Shown here in pieces: positions 1 through 11,700 of a stretch of DNA of 64,000 nucleotides. The stretch lies in contig CM060731.1 in the NCBI GenBank assembly GCA_030704615.1, positions 52,514,001-52,578,000 of the forward strand, written 5' to 3'. The notes below the pieces were generated by a model, which saw only the letters and a program-made list of their open reading frames with translations, did no database searches and had not been told where the DNA came from. Each line of letters opens with the position of its first letter. The first letter of the stretch is position 1. This DNA is from Takakia lepidozioides (lineage: Eukaryota; Plantae; Bryophyta). The position numbers and the translations under genes were made by a program.

Positions 1-361
1 ATCGTGTGCCGACAATTCAATTCAATTGCAAATTAGGGTTAATTCAATTGAATTGCCCTTGCAATTCAATTCAATTGCGCACCTTTAGGGGGTGATCAAG
101 TGAATTGCGATGCATTTCACATCAAGGCCTTTTTGGAATTCCCTACTTGTCCGCTTGAAGTCGGTTTGCAAGATGGTGGAATTCCCTCCCATCTACTACC
201 AGTTTCCAACTAACTCTGTCAGCCCCTCCCTCTTCACGAATGATCATACCTCAGACCCTGATTCCGTACAGAGGTTTCGTGGGATTCCTCGACAGATTCA
301 AGAAATACCAAGACCCACTGCTCACATAGCTCACATCAACAGAGCTCAAGTCGATTCCATT

Positions 362-449
362 CTGAGGCACATGACTTAATTAACAAAATGCCAATCAAAC
401 CAGATGCTTTGGTGTGGCGAGCCTTGCTTGGTGCCTGCAGAACTTCATG
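362..449 (+). pseudogene. Short PLS-PPR fragment (EAHDLINKMPIKPDALVWRALLGACR)
   Basis: Near-identical to about 5198-5284 of the downstream PPR gene. Confidence 0.8.
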
Positions 450-764
450 TGCATAGCCATATTGGGATCCGAAAACATTTGCGCTTGCATCTTCTGACCT
501 TGGGCTTTGGGAACATGAAACAACCCATTTTGCTCACTGTTGTAGTACCGTTTGCGCATGTGGAATGATTTTGCAGGGATGAGGTTGGCCTCTGGCCCTC
601 AGCACCACATGACCTTTTTTCAGCGCTTTCAGGTCGGGGTTCTGGTTGGAACCTATGAGCTTGGCAACCAAATGGCGAAGCACTCCTATCAGCACCATCA
701 CCAGCGACAGCGTCACCAGAACTCAATCCCGGATTTGGGTGTCCAGCACCAAATCGTTCGCCAT
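443..764 (-). pseudogene. EMC3: ER membrane protein complex subunit 3 (EMC3/DUF106) pseudogene fragment, intronless over this span
   Basis: Translates as MANDLVLDTQIRD*VLVTLSLVMVLIGVLRHLVAKL...ANLIPAKSFHMRKRYYNSEQNGLFHVPK...MFSDPNMAM, matching the plant EMC3 N-terminus. Has an in-frame stop and a frameshift. Confidence 0.8.
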
Positions 765-1060
765 CTCTCTTTTTCTCTCTCTTCCTCTCTCCCCACCCAG
801 CCTCCGACCTTCCGTCACCCACCACACTCCAAATTGAGAATGACCGCAGCACTAGCGCCCAGAGGTACTTCACGCATACACCCCAAATCCATTCCCTACT
901 AGAGGGGGAAGAAGAACTTAGAGGGAGGGCCCAGCTTAGGACGGAAGGAATGGATATCAGGAAAGTTGAAGCATTACTGTGATGAAAAGAGAGGAGTGCT
1001 TTATGTACAATTTCTGTAGGGAGCATGGCCTCTGGACTACCTAAAGGAGGAAAGGGTGGT

Positions 1061-1140
1061 CCTACTCGGCCAAGAAGATCCACCATGCAGCCAAAATGTT
1101 CAACTGTAGGAGTAAGGCCATAATCTCGCTGCATGGAATC
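1061..1140 (-). pseudogene. Inverted PLS-PPR fragment (DSMQRDYGLTPTVEHFGCMVDLLGRVG)
   Basis: Reverse complement of about 5110-5189. Confidence 0.8.
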
Positions 1141-1360
1141 AGAAAGATTGCACGTTGCCGAGGGACACCCGCGACGGAGTGGTCCAAGGAAAGAAAAATC
1201 ACTCGGTAAGTTAACGTCTAGCTAACATGTGACAGTAACCAGCTGGGACGTGCTTTGCGGTCCAACCGCCAGTCACGCCAGGAATGCAAAATGAAATGAT
1301 GTACAACAGGGAGGTGGTGATGACGTGCTAATCGGGATTTTTTTTCCTGTACTCTTGCAG

Positions 1361-4300
1361 CCATAGACCCAGCTCTGCGAAGCCAGATGGTAGCGAGAGG
1401 AAATTACAAGCCTACCTAGCTCCTTTGTCAAGTACATCCTCGTGAAGATCATACGTTACGGGGGTACTTTTCTGCTGGCCAAGCAATGATCACAGAACAG
1501 CTCTGGCAGAACTTCATCGCAGATGGTTCACAATGGTGGGACAACAGATCTGATAAGGTGAGGCTATCTACACTGTCACCCAATGGATTTAATGTCTCAG
1601 ATGAAAATAATTCAGTGGTTTCAGTTCCCTAGATCATTCACAACCATGGAGACCTGCGGTAGTGCTTCTTATTGTGACTAAACTACAGTACGATGGAAGT
1701 TGTTTACAGTTATGGCCTGTTGATTGATTTCCTGCTGCTGGTGATCCAGTCTATGTGCGCCTGTAGTTCGACCTATGACATAGTTGTGCCTTCCACAGAG
1801 AAATTCAAGATCACCGGACTTCAGACATAAGCACACAAAAACAGTCCTTTGGATTGCTAGTCCGTTCAATCCCCCTTGTGTGAAAGCAAAGCTAGCCAAG
1901 GACGTATGTCAACAATTTGGAGATGGTTCTAATATGGACTCGCACCAAGGAGCCCCTTGCCGAGAATACAGCAGGTATTGTTGTGTTGCTGACATCAATA
2001 ATTTCATCTTCAAAGAAATAGATTTGCTTATTCTCTGAATAATGTGGGAAACCTGTTCATATGTACAGAAGCGCCTGTCCCGGTGACGAGATCTCTCAAA
2101 CAAGTATTGAGACACATTTCCGTGTACTGAGGGATTAAGTGTTTACAAGAAATGCAGCATGGAAGGCCTGAATCACACAATTGTTTGCTGACACATGAGA
2201 GCAATTGCAGGAATAGCACCTCCACCATCACCACTGCTTTTGAAAGATGGCCAAGAGAAGGAGTCAGTACGACGTTTTTTGGTGTTTATGGGGATGTGAG
2301 ATCACTGTGTAAGGAGGGACGACTAAAAGAGGCACTCCACATTTTGAACCAACCCGGCATTCAGGTAGATTGCAAAACTTATGTGTGTCTCTTGCAGGGG
2401 TGCATCAATAGTAAAGCCCTAGCAGAGGGAAAGCAGGTGCATATCCACATTACACAAAGCGGGCTCAAGGCCAGCATCTTTCTCAACAACACCCTTATCA
2501 ACATGTATGCAAAATGTGGAAACGTGGTAGATGCACACCAGGTGTTTGATAAAATGCCTGAACGAGACAAGTTCACATGGAGTATGATGATTGCTGGATA
2601 TGCCAAGCATGGGCTTGCTGAGAAAGCTTTTCAAATCTATGAGCAAATGCAAGGGGAAGGGGTGACGCCCGACAGGGTGACATTTACTTCTGTTCTTAAC
2701 GCATGTGCCAGGATAGGGGCCCTGGAAAGGTGCCAAAGGATTCATGCTGACATCATAAAAACTGGAGTTGTGCCAGATATTACTTTGGAGACTACCCTCC
2801 TCAACATGTATGCTAAATGTGGGTGCATAAAGGATGCGCGCCAAATATTCAAAAATATGGCGGAACGAAATACGGTCTCATGGAATGCCATGATCACAGG
2901 ATATGCTAAGCATGGGCATTGTGAAGAGGCTCTTGCAATCTATAAGCAAATGCAACAGGATGGAATTACACCGGATGTGGTCTCATTCATTTGTGTTTTG
3001 AATGCATGTGCGAGCCTAGGATCCCTAGAAGAGGGCAAGCGGGTTCATGCTGATATTTCTGAAACTGAAGTTGGGTCATATATTAATTTGGATAACAGTC
3101 TTGTGCAAATGTATGCCAAATGTGGGAGCCTAAAGGATGCATGTCACGTGTTTGACAAAATAGTGGAACGGGATGTGGTCTCTTGGAACACCATGATCGT
3201 AGGATACACCCAGCATGGACAAGGTGAAATGGCTTTAAAACTGTTTGAGCAAATGCAACAGGAAAGGGTAAGGCCAGATAGGGTGACATTCATTTGTGCA
3301 CTCAATGCATGTGCCAGCCTGGGAGCCCTAGAAAAGGGCAAGCAGGTGCATACTGACATTCTCAAAACTGGGATTGGGTTGAATATTAATTTAGAGAACA
3401 CCCTTATTGACATGTATGCCAAATGTGGAAGTGTAAAGGATGCACTTCAAGTGTTTGACAAAATGGGAAAACGAGATGTTGTCTCCTGGAACTCCATGAT
3501 CGCAGGCTATACCCAGTGTGGACATGGTGAAGAAGCTCTCAAAATCTATGCCCGAATGCTACGTGAAGGGGTTGCGGTGATGCCCAACAGGGTCACATTC
3601 ACTTGTGTTCTTAATGCATGTGCCAGTCTAAAAGCCCTGAACAGAGGCCAGCAGGTGCATGCTGACATCATGAAAACCAGAATTGTTTCAGACATTACCT
3701 TAGAGACTACTCTTGTCGACATGTATGCCAAATGCGGGAGCATAAAGGATGCACGCAGGTTGTTCGACAAAATGGCTGAGCGGAATTTGGTCTCATGGAA
3801 TACCATGATAGCAGGTTATGCTGAGCATGGGGATGGTGAAGAGGTGTTCAAAATTTATGAGCAAATGCAACAGGAAGGCTTGAAACCAGACAGTAGCACC
3901 TTCAAGTCTTTACTCTCTGCATGTAGCCATATGGGCCTAGTAGATGAAGGTCGAAATGTCTTTGAATCCATGAGTAGAGATTATGGCCTCACACCTACAG
4001 TGGAGCATTTTGCCTGTATGGTGAATCTTCTTGGTGGTGCAGGGCGACTGGACAAGAGGTCACTCTGTCAAGAGGGACGACTAAAAGAGGCGCTGCACAT
4101 GTTGAACCAACCCAGCATTCGTGCTGACTTGGATATTTATGTCTTTCTCTTGCAGCAGTGCCTCGATATGAAAGCCCTAGCTGAGGGAAAGCAGGTGCAT
4201 GCCCACATTGTTGAAAGTGGATTCAAGCCAAGCATATTTCTTGACAACACCCTTATCAACATGTATGCCAAGTGCAGGAGTATGGTAGATGCATACCAAG

Positions 4301-5853
4301 TATTTGACAAAATGCCTAAACGAGATATGCATACATGGAGTATGATGATTGCAGGATATGCAAAGCAAGGGAATCCTGAGGAAGCTTTCAAAGTCTATGA
4401 ACAAATGCAAAGGGAAGGGGTGATACCTGACAGGGTCACATTCACTTGCGTTCTAAATGCATGCGCCAGACTGGGATCCTTGGACAGGGGTGAGCGGGTC
4501 CATGCTGACATCATGAAAATTGGAATTGCATCAGATATTACTTTGGAGACCACCCTTATTGACATGTATGCCAAATGTGGGAGCATGAAGCATGCACGTA
4601 GATTGTTTGACCAAATGGAGAAACAGAATGTGGTCTCATGGAATGCCATGATCGCAGGATATGTCAAGCATGGACATGGTGAAGAGGCATTTCAAGTATA
4701 TGAGCAAATGCAAAGGGAAGGAATAATGCCCAACATGGTCACATTCACATCTTTGCTAAATGCATGTGCTAGGCTAGGAGCCCTGGAAAGGGGCAAGCGG
4801 GTTCATGCTGACATCATCTTGAAGGGATTTGATCCAGACATTATTTTGGAGACTACCCTTGTTGACATGTATGCCAAATGTGGGAGCATAGAGGATGCAC
4901 AGAAAGTTTTCAACAAGATGGCTGAGCGGAATGTGTTCGCATGGAACGCCATGATCGCAGGATATGCTATGCATGGGCATGGTGGAGATGCTTTCAGAAC
5001 CTACAAGAAAATGCAACAAGAAGGCTTGAAGCCGGACAATGTCACATTTCTATCCCTTCTGTCTGCATGCAACCATGCAGGCCTAGTGGATAAAGGCCGA
5101 AATTATTTTGATTCCATGCAGCGAGATTATGGCCTTACTCCTACAGTTGAGCATTTTGTCTGCATGGTGGATCTTCTTGGCCGAGTAGGGGAACTGGATG
5201 AGGCACATGACTTAATTAACAAAATGCCAATGAAACCAGATGCTATGGTGTGGCGAGCCTTGCTTGGTGCCTGCAGAATTCATGGCAATGTGGAGGTAGC
5301 AGAATATGCCGCCAAATCCCTTCTCAAGTTGGATCTGCATCATGCTGGAGCTTACGTGCTGCTATAAAACATCTATGCTGCGGCTGTCAGGTGGGATGAT
5401 AAAGCAAAGGTGAGACAGCTGATGGAAGAGAGGGGTCAGACAGGAGCCCGGGCGCAGCTTCATTGAGGTGGACAGCCAGGTGCATGAGTTCGTTTAGATG
5501 ACAATTCGCATCCCCAAATTGAGGATATCTGTTCTGAGCTGAAGAGGTTGTCTGGACAGATGGGGGAGGCTGGGTGTGTGCCAGACACGCGCTTTGTATT
5601 GCATGATGTGGAGGAGGAGCAAAAGGAATTCTCTCTTTGCCAGCACAGTGAAAAGCTGGCCATTGCCTTTGGTCTCATTAGCAAGCCCCCTGGGATGCCT
5701 ATCTGCATCATGAAGAATCTTCGGGGCTGTGGTGATTGCCACACTCCTACAAAGTTCATCTCCAACATTGTTGGGTGAGCAATTACTGTACGGGATGCCA
5801 ATCACTTTCACCACTTCCAAGATGGGATGTCCTCTTGTGGAGATTACTGGTGA
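1361..5853 (+). pseudogene. PLS-class PPR gene with N-terminal OSB-type PDF motif, doubled PLS array and disrupted E/E+/DYW domain
   Basis: Exons ..1557 (LWQNFIADGSQWWDNRSDK|gt) and 1799-1974 (RNSRSPDFRHKHTKTVLWI). PLS ORF 2152-5367. After the TAA at 5365: NIYAAA..W, PGRSFIE, HSEKLA, CGDCH and terminal DYW* at 5842-5853, with stops and frameshifts. Also a TAG at 1417 and an apparent 1-nt deletion near 2178 relative to the paralog. Confidence 0.85.
2152..5367 (+). CDS. PLS-PPR array ORF (1071 aa; two tandem arrays, ends in E1)
   Basis: Repeated MYAKCG / VSWNAMI.GY / PD.VTF..VLNACA P-L-S triplets, plus P2-L2-S2 and E1 motifs. Confidence 0.9.
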   Translation: MQHGRPESHNCLLTHESNCRNSTSTITTAFERWPREGVSTTFFGVYGDVRSLCKEGRLKEALHILNQPGIQVDCKTYVCLLQGCINSKALAEGKQVHIHITQSGLKASIFLNNTLINMYAKCGNVVDAHQVFDKMPERDKFTWSMMIAGYAKHGLAEKAFQIYEQMQGEGVTPDRVTFTSVLNACARIGALERCQRIHADIIKTGVVPDITLETTLLNMYAKCGCIKDARQIFKNMAERNTVSWNAMITGYAKHGHCEEALAIYKQMQQDGITPDVVSFICVLNACASLGSLEEGKRVHADISETEVGSYINLDNSLVQMYAKCGSLKDACHVFDKIVERDVVSWNTMIVGYTQHGQGEMALKLFEQMQQERVRPDRVTFICALNACASLGALEKGKQVHTDILKTGIGLNINLENTLIDMYAKCGSVKDALQVFDKMGKRDVVSWNSMIAGYTQCGHGEEALKIYARMLREGVAVMPNRVTFTCVLNACASLKALNRGQQVHADIMKTRIVSDITLETTLVDMYAKCGSIKDARRLFDKMAERNLVSWNTMIAGYAEHGDGEEVFKIYEQMQQEGLKPDSSTFKSLLSACSHMGLVDEGRNVFESMSRDYGLTPTVEHFACMVNLLGGAGRLDKRSLCQEGRLKEALHMLNQPSIRADLDIYVFLLQQCLDMKALAEGKQVHAHIVESGFKPSIFLDNTLINMYAKCRSMVDAYQVFDKMPKRDMHTWSMMIAGYAKQGNPEEAFKVYEQMQREGVIPDRVTFTCVLNACARLGSLDRGERVHADIMKIGIASDITLETTLIDMYAKCGSMKHARRLFDQMEKQNVVSWNAMIAGYVKHGHGEEAFQVYEQMQREGIMPNMVTFTSLLNACARLGALERGKRVHADIILKGFDPDIILETTLVDMYAKCGSIEDAQKVFNKMAERNVFAWNAMIAGYAMHGHGGDAFRTYKKMQQEGLKPDNVTFLSLLSACNHAGLVDKGRNYFDSMQRDYGLTPTVEHFVCMVDLLGRVGELDEAHDLINKMPMKPDAMVWRALLGACRIHGNVEVAEYAAKSLLKLDLHHAGAYVLL

Positions 5854-7239
5854 AATAAGTGACATGCAGCATGAAAGAAAGCATGTTACTTCAATTAAAA
5901 GGTCAGATATCGATGTCACATCTCAAAGTTTATGTGGCTTTGAAAAGTTTTGCCAGATTCATAATCATCCAGGGTGGTCTTTCAAGGTGACGACCTCAAT
6001 GGGCAACCACTTTCCATTGGTAAGGTGCAAAGCTTCTACTGGGGTGACGGGATTGCCCAAACCTTCTCCAAGAACCCCATGCACCCACAAATGTATCTTG
6101 AACACTGCAAAAATGAAAAGAAAAGGAAAAACCAGTGAAAGTGTGAGAGTCGGTATCTCACCTTTGGTGAGCCTCCCATGGAAGACTGGGAATTCAAAGG
6201 TTGATTACTTGCAGGTACATAGAGGCATGCCGACACCTTTTCTTCTAATTCCCAGCAAGGTTGCAAGGTTGCAAACTTGCAAGGTCTTCAAATTGATTGT
6301 AATAAGGTGTCCAGCAGAGGGACCCCTCATGTCTGGCATAAAAGTGAATCAAAGTTTACAGTCTTTGAAAGCACGAAGCCTTACCGTGACCACATATGGT
6401 GTCATCCTTGATCTTTAACTGGTCCTTTTTAATCTGCAGAATTTATGTTGCAGGTACATTTGCGAGCTTACAGTGACGGGCACAACTGTGCAACCTGTAC
6501 TACTTCAATCCCAACTCTCTCCCGTTACTAATATGTGTGGCCCCCAATTGAATTGAAGCTAGATCTGAGTTTAGTACTGGAAACTGTCGTTCCACAATAC
6601 AGGATGGACTCCGAAACTGCAACAGAAAGATCCAAGGGGGAGGGGGCAAAAAGAAGAGAAGGCTGGGATTTGAATCCAGATAGAATTTTTTAGTCTGAAG
6701 CCAGGAGCTGCAGTACCATCCCCTTAAAAGACTCTTGTTCCAGAAATAAAGCTGCTGAAGCTGAACACATCCACCAAAGATCCCCAACTGCATGGTACCT
6801 AGGCATGCTTTGATGCTGTGGGCGAACAGCTGCACTGAAGGGCCTATCCACAAGCAGCCTTTCGAAATTTACATAGCTATATCGCTCACCCTTCAAAATC
6901 TGGCATTCATGGTGAAACTCTTGGGAGTGTCACATTGTGGAAAAGGCGGGCAGCTGGATTGATTAGTTTGTCCAACATGCTTTAAGAGTTATGTCTGTTG
7001 CCAGATCTTAGCCAGCATCCAGTTTCTTAAGCATAAGGAAGTTAAGCACAGTATGTGGGGGTATGTGTGGGGGAGTGTGTTGGACTGGGAATAACCTTCC
7101 GAAGGAAGTGTAAGTTGTGGTGTCTCTTCACCCCTAAGGGCTACTGCCTTCCGGTAGGGGGTGTGGTTACTTTAATTGAAAGAGATTAGTTTTCAGAAGC
7201 TGTCCATGAATAGTGGGTGGGGCAAGATTACCAAGATTG

Positions 7240-7493
7240 TTAACAATTTTGCTCCTCCATGTCATGCAACACAAAGCATGTGTCAGGAACATATCCAGCC
7301 TCCTCCATCTGCTGGATCAACCTGGATTTTCTCAGTTTGTGGATGGAATTTGTCTTCTGCGACGAATGTATGGACCTGGTTGTCCACCTCGATGATGCTG
7401 CACCTTTCTCACGCCTCCATCCTCCATCATTTTTCTCACCTTTGCTACTTACTCCCAATTGCCAGCTGCAGCCTAGATGCATGATAGCAGCAC
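7240..7493 (-). pseudogene. Decayed E2/E+/DYW-start tail of the second PPR gene
   Basis: *VLLSCI*AAAGNWE*VAKVRKMM...IEVDNQVHTF...QMEEAGYVPDTCFVLHDMEE with several stops and frameshifts; the rest of the DYW domain is absent. Confidence 0.8.
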
Positions 7494-10411
7494 TTAAGTT
7501 CCAGCCTCCTGTGAATACAATGCCAGAAATTTTTTTGCCACACGTTCTGCAACCTCCACTTTGTCATGAATTCTGCAAGCACCAAGCAAGGCCCCCCAAA
7601 CCCCAATATGTGGTTCCATTGGCATTTTGTTAATGAAATCCTCTGCCTCATCTAATTGCCCTGCACGGCCAAGAAGGTCCACCATGCAGCCAAAATGTTC
7701 TCGGGTAGGAGTGAGGCCATGATCTCGAGTCATGGAGTCAAAATAGTGATGGCCTTCTTCCACCAGACCCACATAGCTACATGCACATAGAACACATATA
7801 AAGGTGATACTGTTTGGATTCAAGCCTTCCTGTTGCATTTGTTCAAATAGTTGCAGAGCTTCCATACCACACCCCTGCTGAGCATATCCTGCAATCATCG
7901 TATTCCACGAGGGCACATCTCGTTCAGCCATATTGTCGAGCACCTGACGCGCATCCTTAACGCTCCCACATTTTGCATACATATCAACCAGGGTATTCCC
8001 CAGAATTATATCTAATGGGATTTTGGCTTTCGTGATTTCAGCATGGACCTCCGTGCCCTTCTCCAGAGCTGCCAGACTCGCACATGCATTTAGAACAGAA
8101 ATGAATGTGACCTTGTCAGGCATCACCCCTTCTTGTATCATTTGCTCGTAGATCTCTAACGCATCCCTCCCACACCCATGCTGAGCATATCCAGTGATCA
8201 TTGCATTCCATGAGACCACGTTTCGCTGGGACATGTTGTCAAACACCTGACGTGCCTCCCTTATGCTCCCACATTTGGCATACATGTCAGCAAGGGCAGT
8301 CTCCAGAATGATATCTTGCCCAATTCCAGCTTTGACCATGTCAGCATGGACCTCTTTGCCCTTTTCCAGGGCTGCCAGGCCAGCACATGCATTGAGAATG
8401 GAAATGAATGTGACCTTGTCAGGAGTCACTCCTTCTTGTATCATTTGCTCATAAATCTCAAAAGCCTCCCTACCACACCCATGTTTTGCGAATCCTGCAA
8501 TCATTGTGCTCCATGAGACCACATCTCGTTTAGTCATATTGACAAACACTTGATGTGCATCCTTCATGCTCCGGCATTTGGCATACATGTCAACAAGGGC
8601 ATTCTCCAAATTTATGTATGATGCAATTCCAGATGTCATTATGTCAGCGTGGACCATTTTGCCCTTTTGCAGGGCTCCAAGGCTTGCACATGCCTTGAGA
8701 ATGCAAATGAATGTGACTTTGTCAGGCGTCACAGCTTCTCGTATCATTTCATCATATATCTCGAAGGCCTCACTACTGCACCCATGCTTGGCATATCCTC
8801 CTATCATTATATTCCATGTACACATATTTCGTTCAGGCATTTTGTCAAACAATCTGCGTGCATTCAGCACGCTCCCACACTTGGCATACATGTTGAGAAG
8901 GGTGTTCAGCAGAAAGATGTTTGGCTTAAATTCAGTTTGGATGATGTGGGTGTGCACCTGCTTTCCCTCTGCTAGGCATTTCCTGTTGATGCACTCCTGC
9001 AAGACACATATATAAGTATTGGAGTCTGCTCCAATGCCTTGTTGATTTAAAACATGCAACGCCTCCTTCAGTTGTCCTGCCTTGCATAGTGCCCTAACAT
9101 CCCCATAAGTGCCAGAAGAAACTCTGCTTGGTGCCTCTCTTGGTCCTTGAAAAGGAATGGTGATGGTGGAGGTGGTACCCTTGCTGCCAGTCTGATGTCC
9201 AACAAATAAGTGTGCCTGATTTGACTCTGCCATCCTGCAGGACTCAGAACTCTCAGTTACAAGCCCTCAAAACTCATAAATCTTCGAAGAAAGATCCCTC
9301 CATAAGGACCGGATTCTAGCTACATATGAACAGCATTACGAAACTATTCCAGTTGACCACTTCAATGATAAAAAATTACCAATTCTATCTGTTTGGATGT
9401 GGGACTCTTGGCATGTACCCTTTGTATTCTGGGCCTGAAGGTCCACCGCTGTGTAGATTGAAGATAGAACTGTCACCAGATTGTGCTTGGCCTTTGATCG
9501 TGGCAGCTAGCTCTGCTTTCAGCCAGAGAGGGTTTGACCAACTCTCAATCCCAAGGACCTCTTTTGTGCGCTTGTCTCCAAAGTCCGGTGACCTTTGACT
9601 CTTCTGTGAAAATCAAGCATGCGCAGCTGAGCATGCGTACCATAGTATCATTTAGACAATGCTACAACCAACAACTCCATAATCTTGTTTGAAGCAACGG
9701 GCCAAAACATTGATCAACCAGCTTCGTTGCTAAAAATTTGACTTCTGCAGCAATAAGAACCACTACTGCAGGTTTCACAGTATAATCTTAACAGCCATGT
9801 ATAAACGAAACTTCACCATGGTCCAGTCTACAAATACAAATGGGCATACCAGCTTCACCAGAAAATGACATCCCTTCATCCTAGAACTAAGAATGTTACA
9901 TTCGACATAGTAACCTTACCTTATCACACCTGTTGTCCCACCCCTGCGAAGGATCAGACATAAACTCCTGCCAAAGATCTTCTATGTTTCTGATTTGGCC
10001 TGCATGTAGACACCAGCTACGTAAATGTGTCGTGGCTCCAAATTGCCTAATTGCGTGGGAGGCAGCCACAGCAAAATTGAGACCTCGGCAAGCACAGCAG
10101 CAATCTCTTGAAAGAGCCATGTTGAGCTGTGTGCGGGATGAGAGCCATCCAGTCCAACCTGGAGAAATGGGCAACCACGACAGCAATCTCCAGAGAAATC
10201 TATGGTCGCATGTACCCTGCATTGGAGGCTTCCGTTGCAACGTAGAGAAATTGGCAAGTACACCAGAATGCTTGAGACAGAGCCACGGTTGCATGTGCCC
10301 GGCGTTGGATCCATGCAGGCTCAAGACTGTCCTCGATCTTCCACACCGGCAGAGACACAGTAGATCGACGGGCCAGGTTATGGAGCTGCAATGGACATCC
10401 ACCTTGGCCAT
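7494..10411 (-). CDS. Spliced PLS-PPR protein: transit-peptide-like N-terminus, OSB-type PDF motif, PLS array, truncated in the E domain
   Basis: Exons 10411-9920, 9603-9419 and 9234-7494 with GT-AG introns join in frame: ...LWQEFMSDPSQGWDNRCDK|KSQRSPDFGDKRTKEVL...EYKG|MAESN..., then the 579-aa PLS ORF. The start codon is uncertain. Confidence 0.75.
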
Positions 10412-11700
10412 GCCGGGCCCCAGATCAATGCAAAAGATGGCTGGGACGCCACCTCAACCAACAGGGAAGCCGCAGAAAGGTGTAGACACTCCCTAGACTG
10501 TGTTCCTCGGAGCTATCCAGGGTCCATATTCTTCTCTACTCTTTCAGCAGAAACTGCACTCATTCACTTTATGATCATACCCACGGTGCAGTTGACATGA
10601 TTGTCCTCCATCAGCTTGCTCACTATTCTGCAGAAATCTGATAAATTTCTCTTTTCTCCAACCTGAGAGAGTTCTGGCCACAGCCCCCTGTAAGATACCC
10701 TTTCTTCTGCAAATAAACCCGCAGTTGGTCTCCTTAAAATGGAGTACTAAATTACCATAGTTGTGACACAGTGGTCTTCGTGGTGCAGTGCAGAGCAGCA
10801 ATTGCCTCACAGTGAGGATGGATAAAGGGCAGAAGGAGATGTACCTGCGGACTGATGACTTTGTTTTATCTTTCAGGGCATAGTCCCCTGAATATCCTCG
10901 CAAAGCCATTACGGGATTCTACCCAATGCAAGCCACATTATGCTTGGGACAGGGCGGGGGGAAGAGAGATAGAAAGCCAGAGAGATGGACAGAGCAGCTC
11001 CGAGGAATACAGATACAAACGTTTGTATGTTACTCGGGAACAGTGATTGCGAGTTGTATGCATTCTGTAGTTTATCGGCCAGACATTCATGGTTTTTGGT
11101 TCTTGTTCATTCTCTTCTTCCTTCCCATCTATTTCAAAGAATCTGTTTGGGGTTGGGGGAAAAGAATGTGTGTATGATGGTAAGACCCCAGATTGCAGTG
11201 CAGTGCAGTGCATTGTGGAGATGGGGCAGCTGCGAATGGTTATTGTTGAATTGCAGTAGAAGTGGGTCCATGATCATATGTTCAGAGGTACATGAGCTCC
11301 TCTATGGCTGTTATGAAAGAACAAGAGAGGAGGGATAAAGGGGACAAATGAGAAAACAATGCAAGGCCAGGAAGCACAACACTAAGCCTAGTTTCGAAGT
11401 ACTAAAATTGGGTGCTATGTACTTGCGTGGCTTGTGCCTTGCAACCAAGTCAATAGCACTGCAGATAAACTGATGAGCAACCTCTCATTGCTCCTTCGCT
11501 CTACCACCTCGCAAATTTCACATATACAGTCAAACACCGACCATCATTCATGTCAAAGCATCATTTCTGTCATGTCGACCCTCTTTTCTTAGAGTTCCCT
11601 TTGTTCTGAAATGTCAACCACATTATGAACTTGTAAACTTTGAAAAATGAGTATGTACATCAGCACTTGCACTTCCTAATATACATTGGAGGTCATCTGG

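Noticed and set aside
445-1134. 229-aa ORF as a real gene
   Set aside because: It is a chimera of a PPR fragment, unrelated sequence and out-of-frame EMC3.
5365-5367. Premature stop repaired by U-to-C editing
   Set aside because: The gene is nuclear, the conserved residue is Ser (TCA) not Gln, and further frameshifts follow.
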